The position numbers were made by a program, and so were the translations under genes. The notes below the pieces were generated by a model, which saw only the letters and a program-made list of their open reading frames with translations, ran no database searches and was not told the origin of the DNA. From contig OY970368.1 of assembly GCA_963718615.1 (NCBI GenBank), positions 3,008,001-3,072,000 on the forward strand: a stretch of DNA of 64,000 nt, given 5' to 3'. The stretch is from an uncultured cyanobacterium. Lineage in GTDB: Bacteria > Cyanobacteriota > Cyanobacteriia > PCC-9006 > JAAUQQ01. Shown piece after piece: positions 57,437-64,000 of the stretch (position 1 is the stretch's first letter; each line of letters starts with the position of its first letter).

Positions 57437-58438
57437 TCAACCCATTCCCTCACCATGACGCCCTTGATGCCAAGCCCAAGCGTGGCTAATGATTTCCCTC
57501 AGGTCGCCATATTGGGGATTCCAGCCAAGGACTTGTTTGGCGCGATCGCCCGTACCCACCAGCATCGGCGGATCGCCGGGGCGGCGAGGCTGTTCAATCA
57601 CCTGAATTTTGCGATCGGTGACGGTCTGGGCCAGTTCAATCACTTCTCGCACGGAAAAGCCCTTGCCATTGCCTAGATTAAAGGCATCGCTGTGACCTCC
57701 CTGAAGCAAATACTCCAGGCCGAGTAAGTGGGCTTGGGCAATGTCGAGAATGTGGATATAGTCGCGGATGCAGGTCCCGTCGGGGGTATCGTAGTCGGTG
57801 CCAAAAATCGAAATCGAGTCCCGGTGGCCCAAGGCTGCTTGGATAATCAGGGGAATCAAGTGGGTTTCGGGATAGTGGTCTTCACCCAACTTGCCGTTAG
57901 GCTCCGCTCCGGCGGCGTTGAAGTAACGGAAACATACGGACTTGAGCCCAAAGGCCGTATCAAAGTCTTCAAGGATTTGTTCGACCATCCACTTACTACG
58001 GGCGTAGGGGCTGATGGGTCGCTTGGGATGGGTTTCAGGAATGGGGACTTCGTCCGGGGGGCCGTAAATAGCGCAGGTGGAGGAAAAGACCAGGGTTTTG
58101 ACCCCAGCGGCGACCATGGCCTCTAGGAGTGTCAAGGTCCCCCCCACGTTATTTGCGTAATATTTTCCTGGATCCTGCACCGACTCACCCACGGCAATAA
58201 ATGCCGCAAAGTGCATGACGGCGTCAATTTTGTGGGTTTGGAAGAGTTGGTCGAGAAGGGCGCGATCGCCCGTATCCCCTACAATCAACTCCACCCCCAA
58301 GACGGACTCCACCAAATCCTTGTGGCCACCGGAAAGATTGTCTAAAATCACCACGCCATAGCCGTTTTGTAGCAGCGAAAGCACTGCATGGGAGCCAATA
58401 TAGCCTGCTCCGCCTGTCACCAAAACCGTTGGTTTCAC
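57437..58438 (-). CDS. galE: UDP-glucose 4-epimerase
   Basis: VTGGAGYIGSH, HFAA...VGES, YARSK, RYFNAAGA, DGTCIRDYIH. Confidence 0.95.
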   Translation of the reverse strand: MKPTVLVTGGAGYIGSHAVLSLLQNGYGVVILDNLSGGHKDLVESVLGVELIVGDTGDRALLDQLFQTHKIDAVMHFAAFIAVGESVQDPGKYYANNVGGTLTLLEAMVAAGVKTLVFSSTCAIYGPPDEVPIPETHPKRPISPYARSKWMVEQILEDFDTAFGLKSVCFRYFNAAGAEPNGKLGEDHYPETHLIPLIIQAALGHRDSISIFGTDYDTPDGTCIRDYIHILDIAQAHLLGLEYLLQGGHSDAFNLGNGKGFSVREVIELAQTVTDRKIQVIEQPRRPGDPPMLVGTGDRAKQVLGWNPQYGDLREIISHAWAWHQGRHGEGMG

Positions 58439-58569
58439 AACATCCCCCAGGGGTTTTACTGTATAAAATGTACAGAAATAAAATCTGTACCGATTGTATC
58501 GTTCCCGGTTCTAGGGGGGTTGTACAGTCGTCTTGTACCGTCGTATTTTATGGCTGTCTTGAATCTGGA

Positions 58570-59298
58570 CTAAAGTGCAAGTTCTTCAATGTCGACGCGA
58601 TCGCCCAATCCCGCCAACACATGCTGAATCCGAGGCAGTTCTAAGTCATTGAGGTGGTCGATCGCCCAGTTGGCCTGACGCTGAATCATATGAAACGGAT
58701 AGGTATGGGCCACGCCCACGACGGTGATTCCGGCCCGTTTCGCCGCTTCGATACCGGCAAAGGTGTCTTCGATCGCCAGACAATCTCCGGGCTGAAGCTC
58801 AGGGCAGTGCGATCGCAACTGCTCCACAGCTAGCAAATACCCGGTCGGATCCGGCTTACTGGTCAGAATATCGTCACCCGCAACCACGACAGAAAAATAA
58901 GACTTTAGGTTGGCCCGTTCTAAAACCAGTTCAATTTCCGCGCGACGGGCACCGCTAACCACGGCCAAGGGTAAATTTGCCAGACGAAATTTATAAATTA
59001 AATCTTCAACGCCCGGATAAATCGGCAGCGGATCTAGCTGTTCGAGGGTCGTTAGATAGGCTGCGGCTTTTTGGTGGAGGAGGCGTTCTAGATCGCGATC
59101 GATCAAGGGTCGCTCCCGCCGCGCAAAAATATCGCTGAGACAGGCGCGATCGCTCCGCCCTAGACAGCACTCCCGTAGCTCATCCTCATTGGGGCGCAAA
59201 TTTTCACTCAAAAGCAGATCGCGCACTAGGCGATCGTGAATCGGTTCATCGTTAATGATAACGCCGTTGAAATCGAAGATTACAGCCTTGAGTGTCAT
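58570..59298 (-). CDS. HAD family phosphatase
   Basis: FDFNGVIINDE, KPDP.GY, IEDT.AGIEAA. Confidence 0.9.
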   Translation of the reverse strand: MTLKAVIFDFNGVIINDEPIHDRLVRDLLLSENLRPNEDELRECCLGRSDRACLSDIFARRERPLIDRDLERLLHQKAAAYLTTLEQLDPLPIYPGVEDLIYKFRLANLPLAVVSGARRAEIELVLERANLKSYFSVVVAGDDILTSKPDPTGYLLAVEQLRSHCPELQPGDCLAIEDTFAGIEAAKRAGITVVGVAHTYPFHMIQRQANWAIDHLNDLELPRIQHVLAGLGDRVDIEELAL

Positions 59299-59666
59299 AC
59301 CTCCCATTAAAACATCTGCATCCGGTCATTGATCTTTGGGTTTGCTATGGGGTGATGATCGGCTTGTATCGAGAAAGTGACCCCGAACGATGGTAAGAAG
59401 CTTACGGGTGGTCACGTGGGGTGGGAGTTGGAAGGGTTGTGGTCATTGCGATCGCCTCTCCATCTAGTCCTTGAGTAACTGCCGTGCTGACCGCTCCGCC
59501 ACAAGCGGCCTCGGCGACTTGTACTGTTGGCAACTGTGTTGTGAATTATAACGGCGCTGACTATAGCATCTCAACGGCGACTGGCAGCTTTCAATAGCAG
59601 CGGCAGGCTTGGGTCTTGGCCCTTTAGACTAGAGTCAGGCCACCCAAGCCCTGGAGATCTACTCCC

Positions 59667-60233
59667 ATGGTTGCATCGCCCCAACGCCCCTTCATGAGCC
59701 CCGAAGCCTACTTGGCCTGGGAACCGCTCCAGGACTGCCGCTACGAGTACATCGACGGCGAAGTCTTCGCCATGACCGGAGGCACGAAGCCCCATAATCG
59801 TATTGCTTTCAACCTAGCGTCTGAGCTGGATCGGCACTTAGGCGGACGCTGTGAGGTTTATATCGCGGATGTTAAGGTTCAGGTCACGGCGAAGGGGCCT
59901 TACCATTATCCCGATGTGGTCGTGAGCTGCGACCCGCGTGACCGAAATACAAACCAACTCATCTGTCATCCCTGCCTAATCGCAGAAGTCCTCTCGCCGT
60001 CAACTGAGGCGATCGATCGGGGCCAAAAATTTCGGTGCTACCGCCAAGCGGAATCCCTTCAGGAATATGTGCTGATCCAAGCCGATCAAAAGGGCGTGGA
60101 CTGCTTTCGCAAAAACGAGGCTGGCCTCTGGGTGCTGCACAGTTACGAGGCCGAGGATGAGCTGCGGCTCGAAACCGTCGATTTGCCCCTGTCCGTGGAG
60201 GCCCTCTATCGGCAAGTGCGATTCGAGGGCTGA
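59667..60233 (+). CDS. Uma2 family (PD-(D/E)XK) endonuclease
   Basis: EYIDGEVFAMTGG, YPDVVVSC, EVLSPSTEAIDRG.KF..Y, EYVLI. Confidence 0.92.
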   Translation: MVASPQRPFMSPEAYLAWEPLQDCRYEYIDGEVFAMTGGTKPHNRIAFNLASELDRHLGGRCEVYIADVKVQVTAKGPYHYPDVVVSCDPRDRNTNQLICHPCLIAEVLSPSTEAIDRGQKFRCYRQAESLQEYVLIQADQKGVDCFRKNEAGLWVLHSYEAEDELRLETVDLPLSVEALYRQVRFEG

Positions 60234-60313
60234 TCGCCGCCCCCTTTGTCCCAACGAATGGCCTGAGCAGTGGTTCACTTCTCCCCACCACTCCCCAGGC
60301 CCTCGCACAGTCC

Positions 60314-61378
60314 TTAACCTTTCCAATTCGCCCAATCCTGGGGTTTGAGGAAGATATCGTACAATTCCGCTTCCGGCGTACCCGGCTCGGGATGGTAGTC
60401 ATACTCCCAGCGCACAATCGGCGGCAACGACATCAGAATCGACTCCGTGCGGCCATTGGTTTGCAACCCAAAGATCGTTCCCCGGTCATAGACCAAGTTG
60501 AACTCAACGTAGCGGCCCCGGCGATAGAGTTGAAAATCGCGCTCGCGATCGCCATACTCCATCCCCTTCCGACGTTCTGTAATGGGAACGTAGGCATCGA
60601 GAAACGCACGACCACAGCTCTGGATAAAGGCAAACATTTCCTCCCAGCTCCGCTCTACCTTGCCCACCTGATCGCTATAGGCCGCAGCCTTGCTTTCCAG
60701 CATCGGCCCCTTGCAGAGAACACCCTGGTCGTTTTGGTAATCAAAGAAAATACCGCCAACACCACGGGTTTCGTTGCGGTGCTTGAGGTAAAAATACTCA
60801 TCACACCAAAGCTTGAAAGCGTTGTAATACTCGGGATGATGCTTGTCGCAGGCCGCTTTCAGCGTCTTGTGGAAATGGGCTGCATCTTCCGCAAAGGGAT
60901 AGTAGGGGGTCAAGTCAATGCCGCCGCCAAACCACCAAACGGGACCGGCTTCAAAGTAACGGTAGTTGAGGTGAACCGTCGGGACATAGGGGTTTTCGGG
61001 ATGCAGCACCATCGATGTGCCGGTGGCAAAGAAATCATGACCGGCAGCTTCCGGGCATTGGTTCAAAATCGAGGGCGGTAACTGTTTGCCCCAGACTTCC
61101 GAAAAATTAACGCCGCCCTTTTCAAACAAATTGCCGTTTTGAATCACCCGCGAACGGCCACCGCCGCCTTCTTCCCTTGTCCAGGCATCTTCCTGAAACT
61201 TCGCCTTGCCATCCGCCTGCTCTAGCCCCTGGCAGATTTCATCCTGAATCTCGGTCATAAACGCCTTCACCCGTTCCCGAGAATCCTGAGGCGGCAGCGA
61301 GAGTTCGCTTTTGGGGGGTAGAGACGTTTCTTCGACCTGGTTTTTAGCCGTTTGGGTCGCAGGAATGGCAGCAGTCAT
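60314..61378 (-). CDS. hemF: Oxygen-dependent coproporphyrinogen III oxidase
   Basis: [54 protein letters not shown]. Confidence 0.97.
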   Translation of the reverse strand: MTAAIPATQTAKNQVEETSLPPKSELSLPPQDSRERVKAFMTEIQDEICQGLEQADGKAKFQEDAWTREEGGGGRSRVIQNGNLFEKGGVNFSEVWGKQLPPSILNQCPEAAGHDFFATGTSMVLHPENPYVPTVHLNYRYFEAGPVWWFGGGIDLTPYYPFAEDAAHFHKTLKAACDKHHPEYYNAFKLWCDEYFYLKHRNETRGVGGIFFDYQNDQGVLCKGPMLESKAAAYSDQVGKVERSWEEMFAFIQSCGRAFLDAYVPITERRKGMEYGDRERDFQLYRRGRYVEFNLVYDRGTIFGLQTNGRTESILMSLPPIVRWEYDYHPEPGTPEAELYDIFLKPQDWANWKG

Positions 61379-61745
61379 AAAGTACCCGTTTTATAAATCG
61401 TGAGCGTTTTTTATTTGAAACCTGAAACTCCCCAGGGCTAAGGAGCCTTTCAAAAGGCTAAGTTTTACTTTAAGCCTTTATTTGAGATACCAGGTTAGGG
61501 AGTCCCAGGAAAATGGACGTTGCACAATCGTAATATTCGTTTGCAATTCCCTGGGGGAAGGGGAGCAACGAGGGCCAAAGGGTGACGCCTATTCTGCTTG
61601 AGCTTGAGGGAGATCTGTCAGTTTCGATGGGATGACGGGATGCCTCTATGATGTGAAGATACATGAACGCAAGTAACGGCCCTGAGGTTCGGGGTGGTTT
61701 TGCGAGTCTGTTTGCATCTATTTAGGCGATCGCAGAGGAAATTCC

Positions 61746-62822
61746 ATGCCTGCCCTTTTGGAAACCACAGCCGTACTTGATGCGCTTCGTCCGGTGCAAG
61801 ATCCGGAGCTGCGTCGCAGTTTGGTCGAGCTTAATATGATTCGCAATGTGCAGGTCAATGGGGGGCAGGTACGGTTCACCCTGGTGCTGACGACGCCTGC
61901 TTGCCCCCTGCGGGAATTTATTGTCGAAGATTGTAAAAAAGCGGTTTTGGCGCTGCCCGGTGTGGAGCAGGTGGACGTGGAGGTGACGGCAGAAACCCCT
62001 GCGGCTCCCAGTCTGCCAGATCGCCAAGGGATTGGTGGCGTTAAAAATATTATTGCGATTTCCAGCGGCAAAGGCGGCGTTGGCAAAAGCACAGTGTCGG
62101 TCAATGTGGCGGTGGCCCTGGCGCAAATGGGGGCAAAGGTGGGTCTGCTAGATGCGGATATTTATGGTCCCAACACGCCGAACATGCTGGGCCTAGCCGA
62201 TGCGGCAGTAAATGTTCAACAGACCGAAGGGAGTGAAATTCTCGAACCAGCGTTTAATTACGGCGTTAAGCTGGTGTCCATGGCGTTTTTGATCGACCCG
62301 GACCAGCCGGTGATCTGGCGTGGCCCCATGCTCAATGGCATTATTCGCAAGTTTTTGTACCAGGTGAACTGGGGCGAGTTGGACTATCTGATTGTGGATA
62401 TGCCCCCCGGTACGGGCGATGCCCAGCTCACCCTCGCCCAGGCGGTTCCCATGGCCGGTGCGGTCATCGTCACAACTCCCCAGACCGTAGCGCTGTTGGA
62501 TGCTCGCCGGGGGTTGCGGATGTTCCAGCAGTTGGGTGTACCGATTTTGGGCATTGCCGAGAACATGAGCTATTTTGTTCCCCCCGATGCGCCGGACAAG
62601 TCCTACGACATTTTTGGCTCCAAGGGCGGCGAAACCACGGCAACGGAGCTGGAACTTCCGCTGCTGGGTTGTGTCCCTTTAGAAATCCCGGTGCGGGAAG
62701 GGGGCGATCGCGGCATCCCGATCGTCGTTGCAGATCCAGAATCCGCTTCGGCAAAGGCATTGACGGCGATCGCCCAGCAAATTGCCGCACGGGTTTCAGT
62801 TTTGGCCTTAGGAGGTTCCTAA
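61746..62822 (+). CDS. mrp: Mrp/NBP35 (ApbC) Fe-S cluster carrier ATPase
   Basis: DPEL..S, TTPACP, SSGKGGVGKST, DADIYGP, WRGPM, DMPPGTGD, ENMS. Confidence 0.95.
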   Translation: MPALLETTAVLDALRPVQDPELRRSLVELNMIRNVQVNGGQVRFTLVLTTPACPLREFIVEDCKKAVLALPGVEQVDVEVTAETPAAPSLPDRQGIGGVKNIIAISSGKGGVGKSTVSVNVAVALAQMGAKVGLLDADIYGPNTPNMLGLADAAVNVQQTEGSEILEPAFNYGVKLVSMAFLIDPDQPVIWRGPMLNGIIRKFLYQVNWGELDYLIVDMPPGTGDAQLTLAQAVPMAGAVIVTTPQTVALLDARRGLRMFQQLGVPILGIAENMSYFVPPDAPDKSYDIFGSKGGETTATELELPLLGCVPLEIPVREGGDRGIPIVVADPESASAKALTAIAQQIAARVSVLALGGS

Positions 62823-64000
62823 ATGCTAACCCGCTCCTTCAAACAGTTTCCCTTTAAGTCCTGGTTAAATCCTTGGGAGGACATGGATGGCTGGTTACTG
62901 GGAGCAACGGTGGGCCTGACCCTTTTGGGCGGATTGCTGATTCGTAGCACCCAACTCCATGTGAGGGTTGTGGGGGTTGAAGTCAGTTGGTTTCAGCATT
63001 GGATTACAGGGGGAATTGGGCTTTGTTTGCTTTTGGGCTTAGCTCGATTTCGCTACGAAAAGCTGCAACAGTGGCCTTGGATAATCTATATCATCACGAA
63101 TCTCTCGCTACTCGTCGTTAAGCTAGCAGGGACGAGTGCCTTAGGAGCCCAGAGTTGGTTGGCGGTCGGTGGTCTTTATATTCAACCGTCAGAGTTTGCC
63201 AAAATCGGCGTGATTATTGTTCTGGCAGCAGTCTTAGGGGCGGAGGAAGCTTCAACCATTCCCGCGCTCATTCGGGCGCTGATGATTTTGGCGGTGCCTT
63301 GGGGGCTGGTGTTTATTCAGCCGGATTTGGGAACTTCGCTGGTGTTTGGGGCGATCGCCCTAGGCATGCTCTACTGGGCCAACGCCAAACCGGGCTGGAT
63401 TATTTTGATGCTCTCACCGCTCCTGTCCGCGATTTTCTATGGCATGGGTACGAATGAAACCGCGTTTTTCTCCCTCTGGTTTGGCTGGCTGGTTTTTATT
63501 GGGATTATTGCCTGGAAAAGCCTACCCTGGCCGCGATTTGGTGCGTTTGGCGCGGTGGTGATGAACTCCATGGCCGGTAGCTTGGGTCAATGGGCCTGGT
63601 CCCATGTGCTTCGAGATCACCAGCGCGCGCGGTTGACCTCGTTTTTGGATCCCAATCGGGATCCCCTTGGGTCTGGTTATCACTTGATCCAGTCCAGTAT
63701 TGCCATCGGCTCTGGCCGGTTTTGGGGGCGGGGGCTCAATCAGGGCTCCCAAACACAGCTTGAATTTATCCCTGAGCAGCACACAGACTTTATTTTTTCG
63801 GCCATTGGAGAAGAATTAGGGTTCGTTGGGGGAATTCTAGTTCTGCTGATTTATTGGCTGATCTGTCTGCGGCTGCTGATTATTGCCCAGAACGCCAAGG
63901 ATAATTTTGGCTCGCTGATTGCCATCGGTGTTTTAGCCATGATTGTCTTTCAGGCCATGATTAACATTGGCATGACCATTGGGGTTTCGCCGGTTACGGG
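62823..64000 (+). CDS. rodA: Rod shape-determining protein RodA (SEDS), 3'-truncated by the window edge
   Basis: Frame from the ATG at 62823 (not in the ORF track): GAQSW, IQPSEFAK, QPDLGT, DPLGSGYH..QS.IAIGSG, IPEQHTDFIFS..GEE.G, NIGM.IG..PVTG. Confidence 0.95.
   Translation, partial: MLTRSFKQFPFKSWLNPWEDMDGWLLGATVGLTLLGGLLIRSTQLHVRVVGVEVSWFQHWITGGIGLCLLLGLARFRYEKLQQWPWIIYIITNLSLLVVKLAGTSALGAQSWLAVGGLYIQPSEFAKIGVIIVLAAVLGAEEASTIPALIRALMILAVPWGLVFIQPDLGTSLVFGAIALGMLYWANAKPGWIILMLSPLLSAIFYGMGTNETAFFSLWFGWLVFIGIIAWKSLPWPRFGAFGAVVMNSMAGSLGQWAWSHVLRDHQRARLTSFLDPNRDPLGSGYHLIQSSIAIGSGRFWGRGLNQGSQTQLEFIPEQHTDFIFSAIGEELGFVGGILVLLIYWLICLRLLIIAQNAKDNFGSLIAIGVLAMIVFQAMINIGMTIGVSPVT

Larger units (their letters stand above)
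1..64000. repeat. HIP1 (GCGATCGC, often GGCGATCGCC) dispersed throughout
   Basis: Dozens of occurrences in coding and non-coding DNA; none noticed inside the two IS copies. Confidence 0.95.

Noticed and set aside
59310-59660. Hairpin ACAAGCGGCC-TC-GGCGACTTGT and short ORFs between the HAD and Uma2 genes
   Set aside because: Single imperfect hairpin with no terminator, promoter or second copy to support an RNA gene.
524-63782. Numerous 60-230-aa ORFs antisense or out of frame to the called genes
   Set aside because: Shadow ORFs expected in GC-rich coding DNA; no recognisable motifs.

Overview
Cyanobacterial chromosomal window: the HIP1 octamer GCGATCGC is very frequent, and psbY, nblS, an Omp85/BamA gene and Uma2 are present. 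The fairly high GC content suggests a non-heterocystous lineage (inference). In order, it holds: a two-partner-secretion-like adhesin/CHAT protease/DUF928 cluster cut short by a yefM-yoeB toxin-antitoxin pair; two diverged copies of one 1784-bp IS605 (tnpA/tnpB) element, each inserted in a short host repeat; an exopolysaccharide system split over two loci (wza, GT4, wzc, hepC-like; and hepB-like plus two further GT4 genes, a 2OG-Fe(II) dioxygenase, a PTPA-CTERM protein, HpsJ-like and cyanoexosortase); and many housekeeping genes (rnz, trmFO, aat, rpsN, nblS, purD, purC, bamA, galE, hemF, mrp, partial rodA). The most interesting unannotated signals are: (1) a cluster of probable small RNAs in the bamA-cobH intergenic region, including a tandem paralogous pair of ~130 nt with covarying stems and identically spaced promoter elements; (2) a shared TCC(G/T)GA-N17-19-GAA motif, resembling the heterocyst DIF1 motif, upstream of four or five EPS/exosortase transcription units; (3) a near-perfect three-repeat Pho box upstream of a hairpin and purC; (4) a 57-aa ORF missed by the ORF track. 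All calls come from reading the sequence and recalling protein families; no searches were run.
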